DNA of 64,000 bases from an uncultured Planctomycetia bacterium (GTDB lineage Bacteria > Omnitrophota > Gorgyraeia > Tantalellales > Tantalellaceae), in contig CAYZXR010000001.1 in assembly GCA_964482475.1 (NCBI GenBank), forward strand, positions 37,997 through 101,996, read 5' to 3'. The notes beneath the pieces were generated by a model. That model did not search any database. It was not told where the DNA came from and saw nothing but the letters and a program-made list of their open reading frames with translations. Position 1 is the first letter of the stretch; each line of letters starts with the position of its first letter. Positions 54,001-64,000 of the stretch are shown in pieces. The position numbers were made by a program, and so were the translations under genes.

Positions 54001-57000
54001 ACTACCTCAACCGCTCCCAGTAAACGATCATTATCCACATATATTTGAGCGAATGCCAGATCGGCATCATCAATTATCCCGTTACCGTTTATATCAGATT
54101 TCTCAATTTCATTCACACTTATCGTATGCATCGCATCAACAATATCGCGTATATATGCCATATCAGCAAAGTCTGCCTCCGTGTCACCATCAAGATCTTT
54201 GTAATATTCCAGACTTTTACTTAACGCGGTGAAATCCCTGTAATCAATAAAACCATCCGCGTTTATATCCGCTGATTCAATTAATTCTTTTGACGCTATA
54301 ATATCCTGCAAACGCGCAAGATCTTTCGCGTCAACGACCGAGTCCCTTGTAAGATCATAATAAATGGAATATTCTCCATCACCAGCGGCTTCTGTACCCT
54401 CGAGCCATAATTCAACATCCATATCAGTGATTTGCCCATCTTTGTCCATATCAGCAGTACTAACCAGACTTTCAGCCGTTATAATGTTTTCGATCATCCT
54501 GCCATCACTGATTGACAAAACTCCGTCACCATCAACATCAAATCTATCAAGTGGCGGACTTGTAATATAGATTTCATCTACATCTATTCCTGAGATATTG
54601 AACCCTCTATCAAGTTCGAATTCGACTTCATGTGTTCCGGGGTCTATCCCCTCAAGCTCTATGGAAATAGCTTTCCTGGCCATAATTCCTTGCGTATTTG
54701 GAACTATTATTGTGCCATACTCCTCTCCATCCACCTTCACGGTAAACAGCGCGACTTCTTTCTCCCCGTTCATAACTTCAAGACCAATAATATATTTTCC
54801 ATCCTTTTCCATGTTCACAACTTTTGTCATTGAATAACTGGCCCCATCCATCTCATAACGGTCCGTAGTCGGACTATAAGAATTCCACTCATCGCTATCT
54901 TGCCAATCTATAACACCATCTGAATTAATATCGGATTTCTGCAAACTATCATAGGACAAATAGTATTGAGGTAAATCTATCTTAACAAACTTCTTATCCG
55001 CGATTGTTGCATTCATGATCTCTTCAATAATTTGCACGTCATCTTCATCGATGAGGCCATTACCGTCTATATCTACATGGTTCTTAATGGCCTCTCCAAG
55101 TAAGAATTCATCCGCATAATTCACAATGCCATCACTATTAAGATCAGCTGCCATCAATCCCGCTTTAGTAATCCCAAGGTTATTTACAGCGTTTGTTACA
55201 AACCTTTCGATCTCATCAAACGCTTCGACATCTGCATAAGTAACGCTATTGTCCTGGTCAAAATCTGTGGTGCCGTAAAATGCTCCTTCAAGAACCGCTA
55301 TTTCATTCGGGTCCATAACTCTATCCCGATCATAATCTAACATCCCGAAAATTCTATCTTTTATAGACGAGGTCAGGATTGCGTTTTCCAGAAACTCACG
55401 ATCTTTTTCATCGCTTGTCCCGTCTCCATTAAGATCTAAAGCTACAACACCATCCGACTGTATTCTGAAAAACTCTTCCATATCACCGGCATCTACATGA
55501 CCTGTATTATCCACATCAGCTTCATTCATGACGCTATTCCGGGTCATAACAGCAAGTATCAGATCTAGATCCAGTGCGCTAACAATACCATCTTTGTTGA
55601 TATCTTTCTCAAATCCCGGATCGCTGAATGCTTCGATATCGTCTTCATCAACTTTGCCATCACCATCGAGGTCACTTCTAGCCTCATATATTAGTTGTTC
55701 TACCAGAGTTTTCATACTATCCGCGCTAACGTATTGACCTGAAAGATTGAAATACTTGTCTGACAATACCAGGTTGTCCTCATCAAGCTCCACATTATAC
55801 ACATAATTGCCTATCCGCAGATCCCCATATGCCGTGCTTGCAACTGAACCCTCTGATGAAGTCAGAGTAAATGTTCCATCGCTGTTATCCACTATTCCGT
55901 AATCAACACCCTGAATCCTTATGGTTGTCATTCCAGCAGAGGCAACAAACCTATATTCTCTGGTAAACGTCGTTTGTCCTGATACTTCGTCATAAACCAC
56001 TTTAAATACTTTGCTGTCTATCTTCACTTCACCATCTTGTATCGCATAAGTTCTGTCACCGGCAGAAATACTCATGCCGTTTGATGCTATAGTAAAGTTT
56101 TCGCCGTTCAACGTCACTAAACTGCCAACGGAAATTATTTCAACTCTGTCTGCCGCGCCCAAATCCAGATCATAGTAATTCTCCATATTGCTTACCAATG
56201 CCAACCTATCAGCGGCGTCAATTATCCCGTCTCCTGTAAGATCCGCGTTTTTCAGCATTTCCACATCAACTACTTCCGCGGCATATATGGCTCGATACAC
56301 TTCATAAGCTTCCTGGGCTTTATCTGATATCTCCCTTAATTCTTTTAAAGCCTGGACTATTTCAACGTCTTTTACGTTTAAGTCATGTTCATCAAGCCTT
56401 CCGTCGCCATCAAGATCATACAAGTTGAACAGTTCTAATGAATCTTCCATAGCCTGCACATCGGCGCCATCAACCACACTGTCGTTGTTGGAATTTACAA
56501 CGTAGTATTGTCCAAAAAGCGCTATGAGCTGACCATCAGCAACCTGACTTTCTATCTGCCTTGTTAGTTCTATTTCACGTCCGGTGAGAATTATCGAATA
56601 AATGTCTTCACCTATCTGAATCGCACCTTGTTCACTTGAATAGCTATCCGTGAAGGTTGACAAAACAAATTCGTCACCATTAACATCCACCGTGAAGTCC
56701 TCACCGTTAATAGTCAACACTCCGTTACGAGAAATAAGAGTTAAAGAAGATGGATCCTCAACTATCTCTTTTAAGAAAACAATATTACTTACATTATCAA
56801 CACTTATCTCATAAACTCTTCCACCCAACTCGATTGTTTCTCTTGAAGAATCTGTTTGGTATCTATCAAATCCATCAGCAAAAATATAAACACCTTTGAT
56901 ATTGTCATAAGTAACAGTGTATACTTTACCGCCTACGGTAATTGCCGGTTCTTTGCGCCTGCTAGTAAATGATTTTTCAATTATCAAGTCACCCGAAGGT

Positions 57001-60000
57001 CTTTCTGTAAGATTATATGTATACCTACCTATCCTGGCCACATCACCTTCGTCCCCATAATAAACTCGCGGATATGCTGTCTTTCTCTCGGTAAATATAA
57101 ATCTACCATCTTCAGCCTTGCTAATAGCGTAATCGACTCCGTCTATTTCTACCCGATTATTTTCGGAGAAAACACGGCTTCTTTCTTCAATGGTAAAAAT
57201 ACCGTTTTCGTCTTTTGACGCATCAAAAAGGATGTTACCGATCAACAATACATGCTCGCCGTTACTATTTATATAACTATTGACAACATCCCCTGCCGCT
57301 GTCTTCAGGGAATATGTCTCCGCACCTCTTTGAGTTAATGCATATTCCACTCCTTTTATCTCTATCCTGTTACCTTCAGCCTTTTGAACATTCGGCTCGG
57401 TAAGCGCAAGGAATCCCGAATCTTGATCCACATCAATGTTATACAAATAACCATCGCTTAACCTTACCGTCTGACAAACAAAATCACTTTCAAACTCATT
57501 TTGATCATCGCTGAATACATACGTACCTCTGTTGTAATCAAACTCAACTGTATACTCTTTTCCATATACCAAGATTGACGGCAAGCTTGACACCATGCTA
57601 CTTTTCGCATGTACTTGATCGAGAGCAACCTTGTCAGTTAATGGATATTTTGAAACATTAAATGATTTCCCTTCCAAAAATACTATATTCCCCTGAAATA
57701 GACTTGATGCAACTATCTTCCCATCATCAAAAAGACATGTGCCATCTTCTAGTGTTTCTACAACATAAATTTTCCCATCCAACAGAACCGCTTCTTCGTC
57801 AAGCACCGAGGCTTCGCTAACAGTCTCATAAAGCGAAATGTTCCCATCTGTATCCTGCAAGACATTGTATTTTATTCCAGAAACTTCGATCGTGTTCCCA
57901 TCAGATGAACTGGTAGCAATTACAGAGTTACCAACCTTCAGTGTTCGAATGCCTTCCTGCGACTCAACAACATCATATACAAGACTTCCGATCTGCAACC
58001 TTTGAAGCGCGACATTTTCAATATTATCCGAAGTTAGTATGCTAGCGGAAGCCACACTAACCATAGGTTCAACCATTGATAAGCTAAGAATACCCTCACT
58101 CACAAAAGCCTGATACTTTAATCCTTCAAGATCGGCAAGATCACCCTGCGCAAGTGTGAATTCCTCGATCCCTCTCGCGACTGTAAAGCTTCCATCTTCA
58201 TTGCTTGCAACTTCGTACTCTCCTCCAGCCAGGCTAATAACCTGATCAGCTACATGCTCACTTGTGTAAACTATTCCCATAGCCTCCGGAACAACAGCAA
58301 GCAGAACAACATCACCAGTAGCGTCATTTGTAGTCACAACATATTTTCTCTCCAAGAAACTCACAACTTCTCTCGCCTGATCATCTATTTCACAAGAAAT
58401 GATTTTAGCCCCATCATCAAAGTTATGTGTTCCATCCGTATTTTTTGTTACCTGTAACTTCAGTGACGGAGTTGTCTCGCCTTGGTATCTTTGTACTAGT
58501 ATTATCACTTCATCCGCAAGAACTGACGATGTTACCGGCTGCACAATCAACGAGATATCCCCTGTAACTTCATCGGCAATACCTATATCATAGCTAATAC
58601 CCTCTATGACTATTTTTCCGCCCAAATCATCACTAAGATACCCACTCAATCCGTTGCTTAAGACATATCTTCCTTCGGTGTCTGTACTAACAGTATAATT
58701 CATACCGTCGATTGAAAGTACTTGGCTAGCAACCTGATATAGATCACCTGATCCACCCTGCAAAGTGATCTCATTATTAGCTACATCAACTACAATATCA
58801 TAGACAACATCTTCTAATTCTATCTTATCTGTAGCAGCATTAGAATAGATCACATTCCCTTGATGTTCAAAGGCATATGTCTTAGCTCTATCGTTATACG
58901 TAACCGCGTATGTCCTACTTCCTACTCTGATGACCTGATCCGCCAGAATTGAGCTAACCTCAGGAACTTTTACGACAAAAAGCTCCGATGTTATCCCATC
59001 CCTGCTAACAACATATTCCGCACCATTAATGTTAATAAAGTTCTCACCCGATTGAGCCGAGAATTGATCTTCGCCGTTATATAACATATATCCTTGAGTC
59101 CCGGCATCATAAGAAATTGTATAGAAGCTGCCCTCGATCTTCACGACATCGTCAGTAACAGGCAACCCCGTCAAATGCTTTTCTATCAAGTTTACTTCAC
59201 CTGTTACATTGTCCACTTCGACACTGAATTCACTTCCGTTAATAACTACTGATCTTTCTTCACCTTGTGCGTCATAACTATTCACACCGTCTGCTATGCT
59301 ATAGGTTTCGTCAAATGTTATGTCTGATTTCCTTCTCTCATTCGGACTAACTGCCAAAGCGATATACTCTATTATGTCGTCCATACGAGACAAGTCTTCT
59401 TCATCGATACGATTGTCGCCTGTAAGATCAGCTACACTTAACGCGTTAAGGAAATAGTCCCTATCAGATAATCCGCTGGCGATGTTATAATCCAGCTTAC
59501 CGTTATTGTTGTAATCCATTTCATATCTATAGGTAGTGCTATATCCGGATGTTTCTTTAACCTGATTCATAAGCTTTTTACTGACATAGTAATAAGCTAC
59601 ATCTTTTACACGTTCGACATCTGAGAAATCCACCTGGTTAACCGGTTCTAATTCCCCCTGTCCGTTATCGTATTCATTAATGAAACTGTATATTTCATCA
59701 AGATCAGCATTATCAACGATCCCGTCACCATTAATATCCGCCAATACGTCATACTGGCCGATATAGTTTTCCACATAAACAATATCATCCTCTCCGACTA
59801 CATCAAGCCCAAACATGCTGTATTTATCTATTTTAGCCTCTAGCGCATCTACGTCGTCCAGCCAAATAACCCCATCCCCATTAACATCTACCGTCGCCAG
59901 ATTAAATTCGGTCTTATTAACAAAAACTTCGCGGACTTGCACACTATGATCAATGCCAATATTCGTAAACTTGAATTCAATATCATGTTCCCCTTTACTC

Positions 60001-63000
60001 AAGTCCAACCTAACACTTCCTTCAACATATTTGGCGTCATTGCTTCCGTCTAATTTAATCGTGTTTCTATACATCCCGTCTATATAAACCTCTACTTCAT
60101 ATCGGAACCCGAGAGGAAGATCAGCCCCTGAATATTTGCGTGCTGAAATACCTACATAATAACTTGCGGAATTTTCAATATCATACGCATAAGTTAAAAC
60201 GGCATCTTTGGTTGAAGAATACATACTGTCGTATTCAGCGGTGAATTGGGCTAAAGTCTGTACGCTGGACGCATCCTTTCTCCCCTCTAAAATGCTACCT
60301 TCCGGCCAAAGTGGGTCATCAACTTTACTCCCCGGCCATATCAACTCATAGGCTTTCTCAACAAACTCTACGTCTACTTCGTTCACTAATCCTTCATCGA
60401 CCTGACCATCATCACTTAAGTCATTTAAATTATAATTATCATAGTTCCTATAACTGTTCATGATTATCGCATAGTCTTCTTGATCTACCAGGCCATTACC
60501 ATTCAGATCGGCATCTTTAAATGTCTCTTGCAAATTCCAGTCATATTCATCAAAAACTCCGTCGCCATTTCTATCTCCAAAAGCACCTGTTTCGACCAGG
60601 TTATCGTAATAGGCGATAATCCCCTGCATCTTGTACATGTTCTCGAGCCACGCAGCATCCGTGTCATCGATAACACCGTCCGCGTTCAGATCATACAAAT
60701 ACACCAATGAATCCAGAGCTTCCTGCAACTCTTCGATATCTTCCGTATCAATGTAACCGTTGTTCCTATAACCTTCTTCATCGTCCCACTTACTGTTTTC
60801 TCGCAAATCAAACTCAATAGCTTTATTCTGAAGGTAATTATCTCTTGAGATCACAACCACTTGAGCCAGAGCCTCTTCATCAGAATACTCAACGCCATCT
60901 ATCTCAACATGAAAAGTCATGTCGTGATACAAAAGCGTGTCTCTCATAGTCTGGACATCCTTCGCGTTCACTATGCCATTTTCATCATGATCGGCTCGAT
61001 TTACCAATACCTGCTTATCAATATTCGTCTGTATAACTTCCGCGTCAGACACGTTAATATATCCATCGCCATCAACATCCACCATACTGGTTTGTTTTAT
61101 TGTTATCTGACCATCGCCGATACTGTAAACCTTAAATAGGTTTTCACCTATCTCTATCAGGTCAGAACCTTCAATGCTCACATAAACATCTTCATTATCT
61201 GCTTTGTTAACAAAAGTCCAGGTGTCATCCTCAAAAGTTATATCAAATTGTCCCACAAGAGCAATCTCGATCACGCCTTCCGCGCTTGTATACTCTTTCG
61301 GCTGTTTAAAAATTCGTATACCTTTAGTAATAGTGTCCTGTTCTACTTCGTATGTAATACCATCAATAACAACTTCATTTGATATTACTTCCACAGTAAC
61401 CCCGTTATCGCCTAACAAGGTCCATGTTTCATCTCCATGAGCTGTTACGTTATAACTAACTCCTTCAAGCTCTATGATCTGGTTATAAACTGTCTCACTG
61501 CCATCAGGACGAACACTTAGGAAAATGTGATTTGAATCCGCGCTAAGCTTGTTTATGGTATACGTTGTATTATTAATTCCAACTTCCTTGCCACCATCAA
61601 CAGAGACAATTCCGTCTCCAAAAATATATTCACTACCGTTAAATGTAATGTCATATACAACATCCTGTAGCTCTATTGCCATCCCTTCGGTTTCAACACT
61701 CGAAGATGGAGGAAGGGCGAGCGAGATATCACCTGTTATGATATCTCTATCAACATTATATTGAACACCTGCCAGTGTTATCGAGTCCGTCGCGCCTTCA
61801 GCTACTAAAGACCCGGAAACCAAATCGGTAAAACTGTAAACTCCTGTTGCGGTTTCGGAGACATTATAAACAACCCCAAGCTCGCCGCCTACTCTGATCT
61901 GGCTGTTACCCAAGACTTCTGTCGCACCGGAAATGTCTCTATCCATATTGATAACGCCGGCAGTTTCACTGATAACATATGGCTTATTACCCAAAATAAC
62001 GTTATTGCCAATACTGTTGATCTGGGCTATATTGCCTAAAATATCCGTAAAAATATAATTTTCACCCTCTTTTGTGACGGTATAAACAATATCCTCAAAC
62101 TCTACTTGATTTGCCAACTCTTGTGAGCTGACCACTTTTTCAGCTATCAATGTAATGCTGTCCTCTACCGGATAATCTTCTACCACGCGATAAGATACCT
62201 GTCCCAGAACAACATCTCCGTCCGAGCTTAACACGTCCTCCGCAGTGTCAAAAAGATTAACAAATCTGTATTCGTCACCAACAACTGATATTTCGTAAAC
62301 ACTTCCCGCTACCTTCATAATATTTTGAGACACAGCCATACTCGTTTGCCCCATCTCTGTAAGCACAAGGCCATCCTGTTTCTCTGTTACTAGATATCGA
62401 CTGTCATTTATGGATACTTCACTATTCACGTCAGTTTGCGTGGAATTATTTTCATTTGTTGTTTCGGTAAATGTGAAAATGCCTGATTTTTTTGAAATTG
62501 AGTATACTTTGTCTCCGATAGAAATTAGATATCCAGGAATCTCAAAACCCCGTGATAATTTTTCCTTAAGAACAATATTGCCTTGAGGGTCAACTACCTG
62601 AATATCGTAAATAACATCATCTATAGAAACGGTACCTGTATTAACATCGCTATCATATGTAACCTGACTATCGGCGGTAGATTCAAATGTATAAATTCCA
62701 TCCTGCAAATTTACCGTGTACAACACATCGTTTAAATACATTGAGTTGGATTCTTCCGGTAAATCGGATACAATATTAGCTTTTTCGGCGATAGAAATGT
62801 TATTTTGATCGTCTTTAACAACGTTATAAGTTCTGCCATCAAATACAAATTGATTTTCGCTAACCGCTATCTTATCAAAAGAGTCCTCTATGCTTGTTAA
62901 CTCAAACTCTCCGTCACCCACCTGTCTTATATCGTATATCGTACCATTAAAATTCACCATCGGACGCTCTCTTTCCACTCCGACTTTAAACATCGGGGTG

Positions 63001-63998
63001 AAAATCATCTCGCTGTCTGAATAGGTAAGTCTATATTCGTTCGATCCGATAATAACCTCAGATCCGGAATTCGTCGTATCAATAAGAACTGCTGCGTTAA
63101 ATACATCTACCAGCTTATATTCTGATCCATTTTGAAGAACATCATATACTTTGTCGCCGGCAAAAATGAATTGTTTATCATCATCAACACTATCGCTTAT
63201 CATCGCTATTTTCGTTAAAGTTATTTGTCCAAAAGAGGGATAATCTTCTGTTATGCTATATTTGCGGCCATCTATGTAAACTTCATTTCTCGCCTCGTTA
63301 CTGTTCCATATATCAGCCCCATCCTGAACATTAACAAATTGATACTTCCCGTCAACTACACTAAACTCATACAAAGAAACCTCATCGCTGGATCCAACAA
63401 TGCTTACATTGCCACTTTCACTAACAATTCGCTCTTTAGCATATATGTCCCTGTCTGCCTGATCGATCACACCATTAATATCTAGATCGGCCCGTATGTC
63501 GTAGACCTGATCTTCTATAACTAAGTTGCCCAACAAACAATTCGTTCCTTCTTTCCACCTTATACGTATTGTATGATCACCGGATGCCAGCTCCTGCCCC
63601 ATTAACTGGCCTATATTAAACCGTCTTGCGTCTTCAACAATTGAGAATTCTCCAACCGGCTCATCCATGCTATCAATGAAAACTTCAAAAATATGGATGC
63701 CATACTCATTCCCCTGACCTCTTGTTTCAAAACCTATGTCATATAAGCCCTGACCGTCAAGATTAACCTGGTAATCAATGTAATAATCCGTGTCATTATC
63801 GTATGTGGCGCTGATCGATAGATTATCCCCAGATCCAACCACGGTAAACCCCTGAATATTCGTATTTTGATCTACACCTACAACCACAGGGCCAACTGAC
63901 CCAAACGCGTCATTTATTATCTGATCATCTAACATATCTATAGAGTTACTACCGTCTAAGTCTGAAAAAGCGTCCTCACTAATAGTTACAATACCAGC
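3..63998 (-). CDS. Giant multidomain acidic surface/secreted protein, internal fragment of at least 21,332 aa (no start or stop inside the window)
   Basis: The same minus frame reads AGIVTISEDAFSDLDGSNSIDMLDDQIINDAFG at the 64 kb end and GGSFDALRDDVFEVASIEMDFFEEIMNQNSDYFEYGAAG at the 1 bp end, and was coding-like at every internal line checked. No ORF-track entry terminates in this frame, although any in-frame stop would have closed a long ORF. Not every codon was read by eye. Confidence 0.95.
5703..6700 (-). repeat. Duplicated ~325-aa domain, copy B
   Basis: TLNEDGIKVRFEEY...YDYYDMDGNKVAYYD...VVSWKAWRTSYW...SVSLDSNGNIV. Confidence 0.85.
6760..7405 (-). repeat. GCA-rich trinucleotide tract encoding a ~215-aa Ala/Glu/Val/Thr spacer
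   Basis: PAVAAAAAVLAAAAAEVAAAAAAEVAAAAAEEEEEAAAAEAAAEEAAAA...EEAATVAEAAATVAEEAATAG. Confidence 0.95.
7410..8400 (-). repeat. Duplicated ~325-aa domain, copy A
   Basis: TFNEDGVRVRVEEY...YDYYDADGNKVSYYD...VVSWETWRTSYW...SVSFDLDGNLI. Confidence 0.85.
8452..8832 (-). repeat. 15-bp tandem repeat encoding about 24-25 [DN]GYDx pentapeptides
   Basis: Plus-strand unit approximately gtcgtaaccatcaat. Translation NGYDA NGYDI NGYDV ... DGYDP DGYDI DGYDN. Confidence 0.95.
8870..10370 (-). repeat. Beta-rich region with recurring Y-x-G-x-x-G-x-E-[KR] motif (YD/RHS-like character)
   Basis: TQYTGMKDEEKA, IEYEGASGNERI, MEYQGEKGYEKI, YEYSGEPGKEKL, plus IDETGVTHYYSYYYDEN. Confidence 0.55.
10400..19480 (-). other. 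Very long predicted helical/coiled-coil region (~3,000 aa) with short non-helical inserts
   Basis: E/A/K/L-rich heptad-like sequence, with inserts near 12540-12830, 14290-14460, 15170-15520 and 15930-16180. Confidence 0.65.
19560..19880 (-). repeat. Four dockerin/EF-hand-like motifs
   Basis: ADMNNDGELN, VDINGDGARN, VDINNDGVVN, KDVNDDGIVN. Confidence 0.75.
20560..20960 (-). other. Peptidase C39-like cysteine protease domain
   Basis: QIINCASYVL (Cys 20937-20939)...TTMFTLKSLAKAGGADLEGVEISLGDLSQVTLPAIALVKNNGRDHFVSIENIDDGEVAYESNGYSYVMTVDNFEQIYSGKVLI (His 20676-20678). This follows the C39 layout C...S/T-M-x-x-L...L-P-x-I...H-F-V...F-x-x-x-(W/Y)-S-G. Confidence 0.85.
21560..25200 (-). other. Long predicted alpha-helical region (~1,200 aa)
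   Basis: A/E/L/I/D-rich, Pro- and Gly-poor amphipathic sequence with no beta-repeat motifs. Confidence 0.6.
25250..27240 (-). repeat. Dockerin/EF-hand-like motif array (about 22 motifs by hand count)
   Basis: Runs from PDINEDGVID (~27230) to YDINTDGMVD (~25270) with spacing of about 31 codons. Confidence 0.85.
27260..28700 (-). repeat. Beta-rich repeat array
   Basis: e.g. LVDLNGVLYEVLDNYDGTYTLDDG and LIDLEGLTVDVVNNEDETYTF. Confidence 0.75.
28760..29740 (-). repeat. Dockerin/EF-hand-like motif array
   Basis: ADLNKDGILN, KDVNGDDRVD, ADVNKDGSVN, ADVNHNGVLD, ADIDRSGSVT, SDFNADGVYD, ADINDDGVVN, VDINGDGQVN. Confidence 0.8.
29780..31690 (-). repeat. Beta-rich repeat units flanking CBM copy 6
   Basis: e.g. 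KVSVDGQEYDILNNGDGTYKV and TLEIDNTIYIVTTISDGIYSFNDG. Confidence 0.7.
30835..31260 (-). other. CBM6/CBM35-like module (copy 6)
   Basis: YLTYMLDVDKAGLHSLVVDTR...YNFAVYVNG...IDLGSGTNEVKLVW...LQIGSIKF. Confidence 0.65.
31760..32690 (-). other. CBM6/35-like module (copy 5) split by a nested second beta-sandwich domain (~32005-32420)
   Basis: The host N-half ITYEVNIEESGYHKVGLSAK and C-half FMIYVDGEK...VYLEAGWHILKF flank an insert containing IIPDGEYHTYYIDMADNANWSGTIRNFCFYP. Confidence 0.6.
32780..35200 (-). repeat. Three tandem ~805-bp units, each a dockerin-like pair plus an FIDSWDGE...DESWGxDN lectin-like beta-sandwich
   Basis: Homologous DNA recurs at 33431, 34235 and 35042 (periods 804 and 807 bp). 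Shared protein motifs are WTRTET.V.GGETILGGY, SFDYYF(I/L)D(S/G)WD(G/A)..GYL.(I/V)NG.EVWSQ and FGST.N.GAT..SWG.DN. Confidence 0.9.
35230..49620 (-). repeat. Main array of the ~68-70-aa beta-rich repeat, with inserted unique segments
   Basis: Typical unit at 49205-49420: SIVVQDEIISLSGKQYIISKQEDGTYVFDDGEESYISQKGLDVVVIEGDVYDVITDLAIGKIALKERYLD. A 204-bp DNA period is visible at 36499/36703. Confidence 0.8.
37855..38300 (-). other. CBM6/CBM35-like module (copy 4)
   Basis: MNYKVDVDSSSVFDVGLFAKAY...YDFKVWVDG...LYLTEGEHEIKISW...VQVKDVFV. Confidence 0.65.
49640..55720 (-). repeat. Largest dockerin/EF-hand-like DxNxDG array (several dozen motifs)
   Basis: Motifs recur about every 30-40 codons with short acidic helices between them, e.g. 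ADINGDGQVSYTD, KDLNKDGVVDPGD, ADINGDGDVDNLD, SDVNGDGKRNSAD, ADVNGDGVVDNRD, KDINKDGIVSALD. Confidence 0.85.
54565..54870 (-). other. CBM6/CBM35-like module (copy 3)
   Basis: SYSMTKVVNMEKDGKYIIGLEV...LFTVKVDGEE...IDPGTHEVEFEL...IDVDEIYI. Confidence 0.6.
55780..59340 (-). repeat. Array of the ~68-70-aa beta-rich repeat, with a short DxxxDG insert near 56200-56480
   Basis: Same two-half-unit pattern, e.g. VISLAGGEYEVASNEDGSFTV and VLLDGKIYVVETLEDGTCLFDDG. Confidence 0.75.
59380..61090 (-). repeat. Dockerin/EF-hand-like DxNxDG motif array with embedded CBM-like module
   Basis: Motifs such as VDVDGDGYIN, YDLNADGVID, ADLNGNGLVD, VDVNGDGVIW, ADINGDGIVD, ADLTGDNRID. Confidence 0.8.
59920..60290 (-). 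other. CBM6/CBM35-like module (copy 2)
   Basis: LTYAYDIENSASYYVGISARKY...YEVEVYIDG...LDLSKGEHDIEFKF...VQVREVFV. Confidence 0.65.
61100..63420 (-). repeat. Array of the ~68-70-aa beta-rich protein repeat
   Basis: Recurrent I-x-(L/I)-x-G-x-x-Y-x-V...(D/N)G-x-Y-x-F and V-x-I-D-x-x-x-Y-x-I...G-x-I-x-L half-units. Confidence 0.75.
63520..63810 (-). other. CBM6/CBM35-like beta-jelly-roll module (copy 1)
   Basis: YYIDYQVNLDGQGLYDIGFETR...FEVFID...LASGDHTIRIRW matches the Y-x-V-x4-G-x-Y ... V-x-(I/V)-D-G ... L-x-x-G-x-H-x-I pattern of galactose-binding-like CBMs. Confidence 0.6.
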
Positions 63999-64000
63999 AC

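Noticed and set aside
25250-55720. RTX toxin or cellulosome scaffoldin annotation
   Set aside because: I saw no GGxGxDxL nonapeptide runs, cohesin domains or glycoside hydrolase catalytic domains in the parts translated.
174-63485. The many short plus-strand ORFs (60-210 aa) in the track
   Set aside because: They are antisense shadows of the giant gene. Their Ile/Phe/Ser-rich composition follows from reverse-complemented GAT/GAA codons, and none resembles a known protein.
63933-63935. First in-frame ATG as the gene start
   Set aside because: It lies inside a DLDGSNSIDMLD calcium-loop motif, the frame is open upstream to the window edge, and no signal peptide follows.
3-63998. Stop-codon recoding or readthrough as the cause of the long frame
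   Set aside because: The frame appears free of TAA, TAG and TGA under the standard code, and the Trp codons I read were TGG.

Overview
The whole 64 kb window is the interior of one giant minus-strand coding sequence. Its codons correspond to plus-strand triplets starting at positions divisible by 3. I translated that frame by hand at both ends and at dozens of internal points and always got acidic, protein-like sequence. The ORF track lists no ORF ending in this frame, so it appears to have no stop codon. That gives at least 21,332 codons (3..63998), open at both ends. All listed ORFs are antisense or off-frame shadows of this gene. From the N-terminal side (high coordinates) the order is: (i) about 39 kb of an unnamed ~68-70-aa beta-rich repeat, arrays of dockerin/EF-hand-like DxNxDG motifs, six CBM6/35-like jelly-roll modules and three tandem FIDSWDGE lectin-like modules; (ii) a long helical region; (iii) a C39-family cysteine peptidase domain followed directly by a degenerate double-glycine-leader-like motif; (iv) ~3,000 aa of helical rod; (v) a YxGxxGxE beta-repeat, a GYD pentapeptide array, and a duplicated ~325-aa domain split by an Ala/Glu trinucleotide spacer; (vi) unassigned globular sequence. 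The architecture resembles giant surface proteins reported from Omnitrophota, but that taxonomy is inference. I saw no RNA genes, mobile elements, CRISPR arrays or intergenic DNA. Domain boundaries are hand-read and approximate.
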